Positions 1 to 12,961 of a stretch of DNA of 64,000 bases are shown here, piece by piece. The stretch covers positions 38,130,001-38,194,000 of the forward strand of contig NC_043012.1 of NCBI RefSeq assembly GCF_006345805.1, given 5' to 3'. The position numbers were made by a program, and so were the translations under genes. The DNA comes from Octopus sinensis (lineage: Eukaryota). Position 1 is the first letter of the stretch; the number at the start of each line of letters is the position of its first letter. Below the pieces are notes generated by a model. It saw only the letters and a program-made list of their open reading frames with translations. It was not told where the DNA came from and did no database searches.

Positions 1-83
1 ATACCTGCTTGGTGCTGGGGGTCGATGTTATTGACTTACACCCAGTCCCGAAATTGCTGGCCTTGTGCCAAAATCTAAAACCA
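1..83 (+). mobile_element. 3' part of SINE family A
   Basis: ggggtcgatgttattgactta...gaaattgctggccttgtgccaaaat matches the 3' part of the copies at 31740-31800 and 50445-50500. Confidence 0.7.
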
Positions 84-889
84 ATATACTCTGAGAGAGA
101 AGAAAAGACACTTAGACTGGGCTCCGGATGGGAATGGTGGAAACGGTGTTGAGCAAAGAAGGAATAAATTTGTAATTAACATGACATGCCACAATAGATC
201 TGACTAACTTCAACTCTGTTATGATGTATAGAGGGATTCAGCTGCCTTAGGATCCATAAGAAGAGAGTGTCCCGATTGCTAGAAATAGCAGCAAAACCAG
301 TTTACTTCGTTAAAAAGAGGGTAGTCTTGGTTACATTATCAGTAAATAAAACGGAACAGTCATGAACGGAACGCTTTGATGATAGTACTTGATTAGAGCT
401 AACCGGAAGCTAAACAATAATAAATGTCCGGCTTCCTAATACAGAAAAACTGAAAATAAAGAGTAAAGAAAAACTCCAATTCTATAACATTTCTGAAAAC
501 TTGACCTAACGAGATTTCATTGGGTTATTCTGGCTAAGTGTAGGGAGGAGTATGCTGATTAGATTGACGTATGAGATAGCTTCGAGACAGACAAGTGCTG
601 CATAATACATTGTAAGTAGATCGATAGCTAACAGAAATCAATAGTTAAAGGAGAGATATATCACGGAAGAATTAGGAATTCACCACTGAGACCTGATTTT
701 AACTTACTATTTTAACTAAGATATGAAGGGGACCATATGTGTATATGAGGGATTGTATGTTCGAGGGAAGGTGAGTTTTTGAAAGGGCAAGAGCAAGTGT
801 GTATATGAAGGATTGTATATTTCGGAGTGTATAAGAGGGGCTGTATGTTTGAAGGCAGGTGTATATATGAGTGCTCTTTTTGTTCCAGA

Positions 890-1215
890 CGGGTATGTCC
901 TCGCTCGCTCGCCCGCCGGCAGCTGCCGTTCCGTTCGTTCCTCTCGCTCTCGCACGTTTGGTTTCTTCCTCGCCTGCGCCTAGCCGTCGTCACTGCCGTG
1001 CGCCTCTCTGCCTTTGCTCACGCAGCCGGGACCGCGCCGCTCCGCTTTGCGCTTCCTACTCGACGACGACGACGTGCTCCTCCTCGCCACTCTCTCGCAA
1101 TCGTCTCCCCGCACGACTCCGGTCACCGCACGCTCTCACGCACGCTTCGTTAACTCGCTGGCCGACACTTTTGCCGCTCCGCCGACCGGTGTACTGCCCA
1201 GAGCGACATCGTCGC
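890..1215. promoter_or_regulatory. CpG-rich island-like segment, possibly a promoter or 5' UTR
   Basis: Roughly 50 CpGs by eye in about 330 bp within very AT-rich surroundings; pyrimidine-rich on the + strand. Confidence 0.4.
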
Positions 1216-1284
1216 TCCTACTTTTCACAGGTGTTGTCTCTTTTTTTTCTGGACGAATTGCTTAGCAGTATTTCACCCGTCGCT

Positions 1285-1436
1285 ACGTTCTGAATACAAA
1301 TTCCGCCGAGGTCGACTTTGCTTTCATTGTTTAGAGGTCAATGAGATAAGTATCAGTTATGCACCGGAGTCGATGTAATCGACTAGTCCTCACCCGCAAA
1401 ATTTCAGACCTTGTGCCTTTAGTAGAAAGGATTATT
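1285..1436 (+). mobile_element. SINE family A, 5'-truncated
   Basis: caaattccgccgaggtcgactttgctttcat core shared with more than 10 other copies in the window. Confidence 0.8.
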
Positions 1437-1789
1437 CTAAGAGAAATGATGGGTAAAAGACTGAAATTATATTTATCGATGAGAAAACAAGTAAACAAAC
1501 AAACGAACACACCACTGGGACTCAATTCATTGATTAGTTTTGTAAAGAAAAATGTCAAGAGCATCGGGTAATTATCAAGTTAGTTTTTAAATAACGAATG
1601 GTTACAATTTGATTACGTTTCAGACAGCTAAAGACCAGTGTATAAATTGAAGATGGCCAATAGACAGTTTACTGGCTATCTGAGAATGAACCAGCAAATT
1701 CGATCTCATATATAATATTTAATAATAATATCAGAGTAGTTAGCCATGACACAGGATCTTGTTATGGTGACAATAAATCTCTAGATATG

Positions 1790-2150
1790 ATAGAAAAAAG
1801 GTTCATAGCAGCAGATATTAAGTTCTTTGAGAAATATTTAAATATCTTCACCCATAGAAAGAAGAACGTCTCTGAATACCTTTGACAGGAAATTAGGTGA
1901 AAAGATAGACGAAGTGAAACTAATCAAAGAGAAATCAAGGCAAAGAGAAAGTCGAATAACGACTGTAGTGAAAATCTATTAATTAGAGTGAAAAATCTAG
2001 TGAAACCTAAAAACGGTTTGAGTACATCTGGTGGATAGGCATGTGATGGACGTAGCCAATTTGAATTCTTTGAAGCAGGTCTAGAGATAATAGGTGAAAT
2101 CATGAGGAAAACCGCGCGAGAGAATCACATGTTACGCAGATGTGTCGAAC
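1790..2150 (+). pseudogene. possible highly decayed RTE-type LINE thumb region
   Basis: KRFIAADIKFFE resembles KRLxAAEMKFLR; tggataggcatgtgatg resembles WxGHVxR after a 1-nt shift; many stops. Confidence 0.3.
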
Positions 2151-2286
2151 ACTAAATGTTTTCAGTAACAAATGCAAGAAGTTCACCGAAGACATTGAGT
2201 ATCTCAAGAAATCACCGTTTGAGTGAAAAGGACAACGAAGGACATAAGAAGGAATGGAACTTCAGAGCAAAATGTGTGCATATACA

Positions 2287-2640
<354 letters not shown>

Positions 2641-2699
2641 ATCAATCGATATTAGGATAACCTAATATCGATTGATTTTCGTTATTTTTCCCTTTTGTC

Positions 2700-2935
2700 T
2701 GCGTGGATTGTTTTCAAGTACTTTGGTTTCAAGTATTCTTCTAAAGTAAAAGGAATATCTAAGATTTTTTGACTGCTATCTCTAAACTTCGGTATGTGGT
2801 GAAGCAAATCTTTGCTGAACTCTAATTATAAAGTATTACTTAAGCTTATCATGAAATGGTCTTTTTTTCATGCCGAATTCTACTTGGTGAAATTACTGAC
2901 TACTTCATAATTAATTTTACGCTTTGTTATTATAT
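2700..2935 (+). repeat. dispersed repeat, diverged relative of 42597-42830 (opposite strand)
   Basis: tttgactgctatctctaaacttcggtatgtggtgaagcaaatc...catgccgaattctacttggtgaaatt aligns to the reverse complement of 42597-42791. Confidence 0.8.
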
Positions 2936-3012
2936 ATATATATACATACATATACATATATATATATACATACATATATATATATATTACATACATATAT
3001 ATATATATATAT

Positions 3013-3053
<41 letters not shown>

Positions 3054-3624
3054 CTTATACGCTCGTATATGTGCATTTGTTCATATGGTGAAGGACACAG
3101 AAATGCTGTTCTCTAAGAGAAGAGACTGACGCAACGATGATGAGTATTGGAGAAGCGAATTTACGGGGATGGAGAAATGTGAATAAATGAATAACGGATG
3201 AGTGATGGTTATGTTGATGTAAGAGTTAGGAAAAGGGCTGAGATGTTGTCGAGCTGAAGCAGCAGAAAGATAAGAGTTGACAGTTGAGATAAAAAAAAGG
3301 AGAAATACAAAAAAAAAATAAATAAACGCAAGCCTGGTTAATCTGTATGTTAGATTTCCCGGAAAACTTAATCCATCATTAACATGGAGGAAAGAAAAAA
3401 AAGAAAATAACAGCGTGAATGTAATTGAGACGAAGGGATTTGACACGAGACTTGTGTAGAGGGAAGCACAGGTCGTCATCTGGTGTCTACATGTTGTTGT
3501 TGGTGTTGCTGTTGTTGTTGTTGTTGTTGTTGTTCTTCTTCTTCTTCTTCTTCTTCTTCTTGTTGCTTAATCCCAGGCCAGCTCTGATCAAGTTGATTAC
3601 ACCTATGATCAAAATTTTCATATA

Positions 3625-3719
3625 ATGGTAACAATAATAATGATGATGATGATGATAATAATAATAATAATAATAATATAATAATAATAATAATGATGAT
3701 GATGATGATAATAATAATG

Positions 3720-3759
<40 letters not shown>

Positions 3760-3905
3760 TGATGATGATAATAATAATGATAATAATAATAATAGTAATA
3801 ATAATAATAATGATGATAGTAATGATGATGATGATAATAATAATGATAATAATAATAATAGTAATAATAATAATAATGATGATAATAATAATAATAATGA
3901 TGATG

Positions 3906-3948
<43 letters not shown>

Positions 3949-3952
3949 TAAT

Positions 3953-3993
<41 letters not shown>

Positions 3994-4001
3994 TGATGAT
4001 G

Positions 4002-4052
<51 letters not shown>

Positions 4053-4087
4053 TTAATAATAATAATAATATAATAATGATGATGATG

Positions 4088-4118
<31 letters not shown>

Positions 4119-4210
4119 TAATATTAATAATAATAATAATAATAATAATAATGATGATGATAATAATAATAATAATAATAATAACGATAATAATTACGAT
4201 ATTATTATTA
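3625..4210. repeat. (TAA)n microsatellite with TGA/TAG interruptions
   Basis: Direct reading. Confidence 0.97.
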
Positions 4211-4353
4211 TTTTCAACGTCGTCGTCGTCGCCGTCCTCTTCTTCCTCCTCCTCCTCCTCATCATCATCATTATCGCTAGTATCAATTCCAGCGTACAAC
4301 AATCTCATTTCTCTCTCTCTTTCTCTCAGAAGAAATGAGTTGAAACATCCACA

Positions 4354-4415
4354 TATAAAGATCTTGAAATAGAGACAACCAGAGTGCTGAGGAGATTGGT
4401 AACTGAAACAACCTG
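4354..4415 (+). mobile_element. tiny internally deleted R4/Dong 3' remnant
   Basis: Translates YKDLEIETTRVLRR, joining two C-terminal motifs (KYKDL.IE and VLRR) of the neighbouring element; followed by (TAA)n. Confidence 0.4.
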
Positions 4416-4480
4416 TATAATAATAGTAATAATAATAATGATAATAATAATAATAATGATAATAATAATAATAATAATAA

Positions 4481-6900
4481 GATAGGGTGCCGAATTTCTG
4501 GCTCGCATCGCTCCCCTGCGCACACGGTAAGCTAGTTCAGCTGCTCAATGGAATTATGAGAGACCCAAAGAAAACACCTGAATGGTTAGCAAGTGGCATT
4601 ACTTACCTACTCCCAAAGAATAACGAAACCAACCTTCCAAAAAACTATCGGCCTATAACCTGTCTATCCACCACGTATAAAATCCTAACATCTATCCTGG
4701 CGGAGAAAACATATGCATTCATGGAGAAGAACGATATTTTCCCCATTGAACAAAAAGGGTGCCGCCGAGGCACTTACGGATGCAAAGATCAACTGCTAAT
4801 CAATCGTATGATCCTTGAGAACTGTCACAACAAGCGCAGAAATCTCAGCACCAGATGACTACAAAAAGGCCTTCGACAGTATACCGCATCCATGGATCTT
4901 GAGATCGCTGGACATCTTCAAAATTTCCCCTGTGATTTCAAACTTCCTGAAGCACAATATGTCGTTGTGGAATACGAATCTCCAATTATACCACTCTAAT
5001 GGAGTACTTGCCTCAGAAAATATAAACATCAACTGTGGAATTTTTCAAGGTGACTCACTTTCACCTTTAATATTCTGCATAGCCCTAATACCCCTTACAA
5101 GTGAATTAAACAGAACAGGGTATGGGTATAAAATTGCCAATAAAAAAATAAGCCACCTATTTTATATGGATGACTTAAAAATTTATGGTAAAGACAATAA
5201 TGAACTTGAAGGCCTATTGCGCACCGTGAAAGCATTCAGCGATGACATCGGGATGGAGTTTGGACTTGAGAAGTGTGCCAAGGCCACTTTCCATAAAGGG
5301 AAAGTGAAGACCACAAATTCAGTCGAGTTAGATGTTGACACAGTCATAAGAGAGCTTGAGCAAGAACAAACATACAAATATTTAGGGATAAATGAAGGCT
5401 CTGGTATTCAGCATGCAAGCATGAAAGAGAAAATCAGGAAGGAATGTTATAGGAGAGTTCGTGCAGTCCTGAAATCTGAACTAAATGCACGTAACAAGGT
5501 GTTAGCTATAAATTCCTTAGCAGTTCCAGTTGTTACTTATAGCTACAATGTGTTGAACTGGAATATGAGTGAAGTAAAGAATATAGATAGGAAAATACGC
5601 AAGCTGCTGAGTTGTAATAGGATGCACCACCTAAAGGCAGACGTAGATCGCCTTTACCTTCCCAGAGCCCAAGGAGGTCGAGGCCTGATCCAATTTGAAC
5701 TAGCTTACAAAACAACCACAATTGGACTGGCCAAATATCTGGCCAAATATCTGGCCAAATATCGAATGACTGGATGCTAAAGCTCGTGGAAAATCACGAG
5801 AGACGAAAGAAGCTTCATTCTATCATAAAGGAAAGCAAGAAATTTGCTATTGATCTCGTGCAGGATACCCAAACAGAACAACCCGAGGGAAGTACGGCAA
5901 TTATTGTTGCAAAGAAGGTGAAAATAATGGCAACGAAAAAAGCGCACGAGCAATTGGCTGATAGGTGGGAGGAGAAACCTCTGCACGGCAAATATGTGAC
6001 CCGCAGCAAACAAGCTGATGTTGACCAGAAGCAACCCATCAGTGGCTACGGAGCTCAGGGCTAAAAGCAGAGAGCGAAGGTTTCATCCTGGCTGCTCAAG
6101 ATCAAAGCCTATAACCCGGAACTACCAGGCCAATGTGATGAAAAATGGAACAGACCCAAAATGCCGATTCTGCAACGACATGATTGAAACAGTGGACCAC
6201 CTAATCTCTGGATGTAAAGTCTTAGCTCCAGTGGAGTATAAATTAAGACATGACAGAGTTGGCCAATATCTCCACTGGCTAATAAGTCGGCATTACAATA
6301 TCAAAACTGCCGACAAGTGTATAATCACCACCCTGAGGCTGTAACTGAAGGAGAAAATGTAACCATTCTGTGGGACTTTCCAGTACATACAGACCGAACC
6401 ATCAAGGCCAATAAACCAGATATTGTTGTGAAAGACCAAAACAATAAAGTTTGCTTATTGATCGACATGAGCATCCCCTGTGATCATAATATCTCAGCGA
6501 AAGAGTTTGACAAGCTCAGAAAATATAAAGACCTACTCATTGAAATTGAGAAAATGTGGCATCTCAAGGCGGTTATAATACCAGTGATCGTAGGAGCACT
6601 AGGAATGATCAAGAAGGGAACCGAAAATTATATGAGAATGATCCCCGGCTTACCATCCCTGCAAAAAGTGCAAAAGATTGTCTTAACTGGTATATCACAC
6701 GTATTGAGAAGAGCATTGTCGATGTGAGAACTGTTGCTGCTCATGTATTTTAATTTAACTTTTAAAAAAAAAAAAAAAAATGAACGAACTATTGAGTTTG
6801 GTTTAATGGCCTACCAATGTATACTATGAGTTTCTTTGCCCTAGGAGTCGGGAAGACACTCGGCAAGAAATGGAAGCAAATTTGAAAGAAGAAAAAAAAA
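4481..6900 (+). mobile_element. R4/Dong-clade non-LTR retrotransposon, 5'-truncated and frameshifted (RT + CCHC + restriction-like endonuclease)
   Basis: ORF pieces 4487-6727 carry NYRPITCL, QKGCR, DYKKAFDSI, GIFQGDSLSP, LFYMDD, YKYLG, LYLPR..GGRGL, CRFC..ETVDHLISGC, RHD, KPDI..K...LID and KYKDL; 3' UTR and A-rich tail end at (TAA)n; at least 4 frameshifts. Confidence 0.95.
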
Positions 6901-6946
6901 GTAATAATAATAATAATAATAATAATGATAATAATAATAATAATAA

Positions 6947-7533
6947 TGACAAACTGCAATGTCAAACTTGAAAGTATTGACTACATTGTTGCCGGTTTCT
7001 CACTCCTTGCCCCTCCAAAATATAAACCAGGCATATTTGAGTTGGCCAATACTTGTACTGGAGTATATGCCGTCACAATGATATCCTGCACCCTAAGAAC
7101 TGTTATGATCTCCATCCAGAGCCAGTCACCGAGGGAGAAAATGTTACCACCCAATAAGATTATGGGATACATACAGACAAGTAAATAAATACCAACAGAC
7201 CAGACATAATCATCAAGGACCTACGGCAAAAAGGGACGCCTGTTAATTGATATGACTGTGCTACTGATAGAAACATCTTCGAAATATAAGGACCTTGAGA
7301 TTCAGACATCTAGGATGTGGCAGTTAAAACCGTTCCTGTTGTAGTAGGTCACCTGGGAATGATAAAAAATGGTAGATGCTTGGGAAAACAACAATATATG
7401 AGACTCAAAAAATCGTGTTGACATCAACCGCCTACGTTCTCAGGAAGTTTCTCTCCATCTAATAAACCCGTGCCTCGGGTCTCTGGCTGAGACCCGGTCG
7501 GAACATGAAATAAATGGCAATGCTCTCTCACTC

Positions 7534-7545
<12 letters not shown>
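6947..7545 (+). mobile_element. second, more diverged R4/Dong 3' fragment (CCHC + endonuclease + 3' UTR)
   Basis: CNVKLESIDYIVAGFSLLAPPKY parallels CRFC..ETVDHLISGCKVLAPVEY; RPDIIIKD, KYKDLEIQTSRMW, VPVVVGHLGMIK; (TAA)n on both sides. Confidence 0.85.
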
Positions 7546-7577
<32 letters not shown>

Positions 7578-7894
7578 TAATAATAATAATAATGATGATG
7601 AGGATGATGATGATGATGATGATGATAATAATTATAATAATAATAATAACAACAACAATAATGATAGCCACTTCGTTAATAAGAGGCGTTAATTTTATAC
7701 AGACTCAGAAGAATATAAGTATAACTCAAGACCTTACATATGTATTGACAATATATAGAGACCAACCCCACGAAGTAATAAAGGCCAAAGAAGAGGACCG
7801 TCTCTGGCCAGGACACATAAAACTACGCTCGGTAATGAAAATAACAAGAGTGAAATGAACAATACAAAAACAAGAACGACAACAAGAACATCAT

Positions 7895-8530
7895 ATTAAT
7901 CATCATCATCATCGTCATCCTCAACGTCATCATCATCATCATTGCCGTCGTCATCATCATCATCAACATCAAAATCGTCGTCATCATCATCATCATCATC
8001 ATCATCACCCTCATCATCATTGGCGTCTTTATCTTCAGCTTTGCCTTCACTATTGTCGTTATCATCATCATCATCATCATCATCTTCCTCCTCCTCCTCC
8101 TCCTGCTCAACATCAATGATATCAACGTCATCGTCATCATGGTCATCATAATCATCATCATCTTTATCACCGGCGTCTTTATCATCAGAAGCTGCAGCAT
8201 CAGCATCGGCTTCTCTATTGCTGTCATCTTCCTATTGCTGTCATCTTCCTCCTTCTCCTCCTCCTCCTCCTCATCCTCATCATCGTCACCATCATCATCA
8301 TCATCAGCAGCAGCTTCACCAGCATCACCACGACCACGACAACGACGACGACGACGACCGCCACCACCACCACCATCAATCCTTGCTCCATCACCACCAC
8401 CACCACCACCACCAGCACCCCCACTACGTCCATCACTACCACAACCCCACTACTACCACCGCCGCCACCACCACAAACACCGCCGCCGCCACCACCACAA
8501 ACACCGCCGCCGCCACCACTTCCAGAATGA
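7895..8530. repeat. cryptic (CAT)n/(CCT)n/(CAC)n trinucleotide region, with a 24-bp tandem duplication near 8460-8520
   Basis: Direct reading. Confidence 0.9.
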
Positions 8531-8904
8531 TAGTAATAATGCCAATGCGAGTTTCTTTCTTTGCCACAAGGATATCTGAGGAGGAACATTAAGAAATAAA
8601 AAAGACGACGACGATATTATCTTCATTAATAACGACACGCTTTGTTCGGGTGTGATTAATTACGACAACCACTCAGTGAGTGTGTGAGTGTACGTGTATG
8701 TGTGTGTGTGTGTGTGCACGCGCGCGTGTGTATGTCTGTGTATGAATATGTGTACGTGTACGTGTGTATGTGTGCGTGTATGTGTGTCATTTCCGTTCTA
8801 ATGTTTCTGTTCTACGAAAAAGAAAGAAACAAAACAAAAAACAAAAACAACAATGTTTTTGCTGCTGTTGTTGTTTGTGCTCTTGGCTTTATCTGCTTTG
8901 CTAT

Positions 8905-8929
8905 TATTAATGATGATGACGACGATGAA

Positions 8930-8989
<60 letters not shown>

Positions 8990-9170
8990 GATGATAATGA
9001 TGATGATGATGAAGATGATAATGATGATGATGACGACGATGAAGATGATGATGATGATATCGATGATAATGATGATGATGACGACGATGAAGATGATGAT
9101 GATGATAATGATGATGATGACGACGATGAAGATGATGATGATGATGATGATGATAATGATAATGATGATT

Positions 9171-9208
<38 letters not shown>

Positions 9209-9241
9209 ATCGATGATAATGATGATGATGACGACGATGAA

Positions 9242-9286
<45 letters not shown>

Positions 9287-9302
9287 AATGATAATGATGA
9301 TT

Positions 9303-9340
<38 letters not shown>

Positions 9341-9419
9341 ATCGATGATAATGATGATGATGACGACGATGAAGATGATGATGATGATGATGATGATGAT
9401 GATAATGATAATGATGATT

Positions 9420-9454
<35 letters not shown>

Positions 9455-9517
9455 ATCGATGATAATGATGATGATGACAACGATGAAGATGATGATGATG
9501 ATGATGATGTGATGATT

Positions 9518-9548
<31 letters not shown>

Positions 9549-9630
9549 CGACGATGAAGATGATGATGATGATAATGATGATGATGACGACGATGAAGAT
9601 GATGATGATGATGATGATGACGACGATGAA

Positions 9631-9661
<31 letters not shown>

Positions 9662-9739
9662 ATGATGATGATGATGATAATGATGATGATGATGATGATG
9701 ATGATAATGATGATGATGATGATGATGACGATGATGATA

Positions 9740-9775
<36 letters not shown>

Positions 9776-10180
9776 TTGATGACGACGATGATGATGATAA
9801 TGATGACGGTGAGAAGATGATAATGATGATGATGGTGATGATAATGAACATGAAAACGACGACAACGACGACCACGACAATAGTGATGATGATGATGATG
9901 ATGAAGACAGCGACGACGACGATGATGACGATGATGATAACGACAATGGTGAAGGCGATGCTGGTGCTGCTGATGATGCTGGTGCTGATAATAAAGAGGA
10001 TGATGAGGATGACGTCGACGACGACGATGACGAAGATGATGATGGCAATACTGCTGCTGCTGTTGATGGTGACGGTGACGATAACAATAAACAATGCCGG
10101 TGATGATGATGATGCTGCTGATGCTGGTGTTAGTGGCGTTCCAGGTGATGCCGATGATGATGATGATGATGATGATAAGT
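8905..10180. repeat. long (GAT)n microsatellite with higher-order structure
   Basis: Recurrent variant blocks gatatcgat / gacgacgatgaa / gataatgataat. Confidence 0.95.
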
Positions 10181-10420
10181 TTCAATTGGTTTTTATTGTT
10201 TATATTTCGTTTCGTAAGATAATTTCTCATTTTCGTTGAAACAACACAAGTTTTCACAAAACCTCAGATACCGTTTCACAACAAGAAACAATATCACTAA
10301 TGTAAAGGAAAAAATATAACAGAAAATAAAATAAAAAACTACAACAGACAAGCAAACAACACAAAAACGAAGCAACAACAAAATCCGATATAATACAAGT
10401 GGAACTACGCATGTACATAC

Positions 10421-10478
<58 letters not shown>

Positions 10479-10481
<3 letters not shown>

Positions 10482-10661
10482 TTTACATGTGTAAATGTAT
10501 GTACTGTATAAATACAAATATATATAAGACTATCTAAAGGAATGTAGACATATATATGTGCATATATAATATATATGTATATATATATATGTGAGTGTGC
10601 ATATGTATACATATATATATGTATATAAATGTCTATATGCATATATATGTTTGTGTGTGTG

Positions 10662-10720
<59 letters not shown>

Positions 10721-10943
10721 ATATATATATATTATATATATATATATATAATATAGCATTTACATGTGTAAATGTATGTACTGTATAAATACAAATATAT
10801 ATAAGACTATCTAAAGGAATGTAGACATATATATGTGCATATATAATATATGTATATATATATATATGTGAGTGTGCATATGTATACATATATATATGTA
10901 TATAAATGTCTATATGCATATATATGTTTGTGTGTGTGTATAT

Positions 10944-10995
<52 letters not shown>

Positions 10996-11035
10996 TATAT
11001 ATTATATATATATATATATATATACATATATATAC
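10479..11035 (+). repeat. tandem duplication, period about 277 bp
   Basis: gcatttacatgtgtaaatg...gactatctaaaggaatgtagac... starts at 10479 and again at 10756, essentially identical. Confidence 0.9.
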
Positions 11036-11145
11036 GTACATACATACATGCACACGCAAACACATAATACATGTCTACGTGATTGTGAAGAAAATATGAT
11101 GAGATTTACGTATAAAATTACTATTTTACTCTAAAGTATTTCAGA

Positions 11146-11185
<40 letters not shown>

Positions 11186-11942
11186 CTGAGAAAGAGAGAA
11201 AGAGAGATATAGTAAGAGAGAGAGAGAGAGAGAGAGATAGAAAATAGAGGGAGAGTAAAGAAGAGAGACGGAGAGGGAAAGAGAAAGAGAGAGAGAGTGA
11301 GAGATTGAGTGTATATGTGTGTGTGAAAGGGAGACGGAGAGATTTGCCAGATAATATTGTAAAATATTTCAAATGTAACTTTAATTTTATGTTAATTTTA
11401 TTCAGTTAATTTTCTGCAGACTCAAAAATAAGAAAAACCAAGAAAAAAAAAGGCCAAAAGAAAATGAAAAAAGAAACACAAGAATAAGAAAATAACTGGA
11501 AACGTCATCAGTTCTGACTCTATCATGAAGTCATTCAATGTTGATTACTGGGGAAAAATATAAACTTTAATTAAAAACATAAAAATTAGGAAAACAAATA
11601 AATCATAACCGACAGAAAGGTGGTGGAGGCGGCGGTGGAGGTGCTGGTGGTGGTGGTGAGAGTAAAGGAAATAAAAGTGAAATTGAATATTTTTCTAGTT
11701 TTTAATGTGATAAGATTTTTAAATGAATATAGAATAAAGAGAGAAAGCTACGAATATGTGGTTTCTATAATAATTGTATAAGGACATATGTCTACATACA
11801 TACAGACACTCATAAATACATACATATATACATACATACATATATATATGTGTGTGTGTGAGTGGATAAATATATACATTCATAAATGCATACATAAATA
11901 TTCTATATATTATAAAATGCCATATATATATATATTTGTGGG

Positions 11943-11974
<32 letters not shown>

Positions 11975-11998
11975 CTATATGTATATCTAGATATATAA

Positions 11999-12077
<79 letters not shown>

Positions 12078-12083
12078 GCATAT

Positions 12084-12477
12084 ATCTCCTATATATAAAG
12101 CTGAAGTTGTCTGTGTATGGCAGGGTTGGTAGCCTTCAACTAACACTATCTCCTCCGAGACCCTGCGGCGCAAGTTGACCAAAATTGAGAGTATGATAGA
12201 AGAAGGCTTGCTCTTCATTCCGTAGCAGATAAAATTAAAATCAGACAATGTTAAGACCAAAAATTATTTATATCAAAAAGGTGCTTTTTTTGTATGAAAA
12301 TCCCTATTTTTAACGATTTTGTTTACTGCTGTGCCGCCATTCTTCGGTGTATTTCAACCAGAAAAATGTTCACTTAAAGAGAATAACAAGCTACATAATG
12401 CAAAACTTTTACTTTTCAAAAATTCCAATTCTAAAGGGTCGAAACAAACCCGAGCAACGCCGGGCGATACTGCTAGT
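12084..12477 (+). mobile_element. non-autonomous Helitron/Helentron-like element (HINE/DINE-1 type)
   Basis: 5' atctcctatatataaag; 3' GC hairpin cccgagcaacgccggg then atactgCTAGT; no TSD; inserted in TA-rich DNA. Confidence 0.7.
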
Positions 12478-12694
12478 ATACATATATATGTGTGTATGTG
12501 TGTATATACCCTTATATGCATTCGTAGGCATAACATTCACACACACAAGTATATGTATATTTAGACACACACACATAATTCGATAAAAAAATCCAAGGCT
12601 GTGATAGTTTTCAGAACATTCATAAACAGGTCTTACAGCTGTTTCCAGGATATTTTATATATTCCTTCATAAGAGACGATACGAGAAAATTATA

Positions 12695-12770
<76 letters not shown>

Positions 12771-12806
12771 TATCTATCTATCTATCATCTATCTATCTAT
12801 CATCTA

Positions 12807-12952
<146 letters not shown>

Positions 12953-12961
12953 TCATATATA

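Noticed and set aside
827-1293. Arg/Ala/Ser-rich ORFs in the GC-rich segment
   Set aside because: Open in all frames because of the low stop-codon frequency of GC-rich DNA; no domain similarity
7700-7858. RTE-like EVIK...LWPGHI motif
   Set aside because: Similarity too short and weak to call without a search
8684-9820. 378-aa poly-Asp ORF resembling an acidic biomineralisation protein
   Set aside because: It starts at a GTG within (TG)n and overlapping frames are equally open because (GAT)n has no stops; no independent gene evidence
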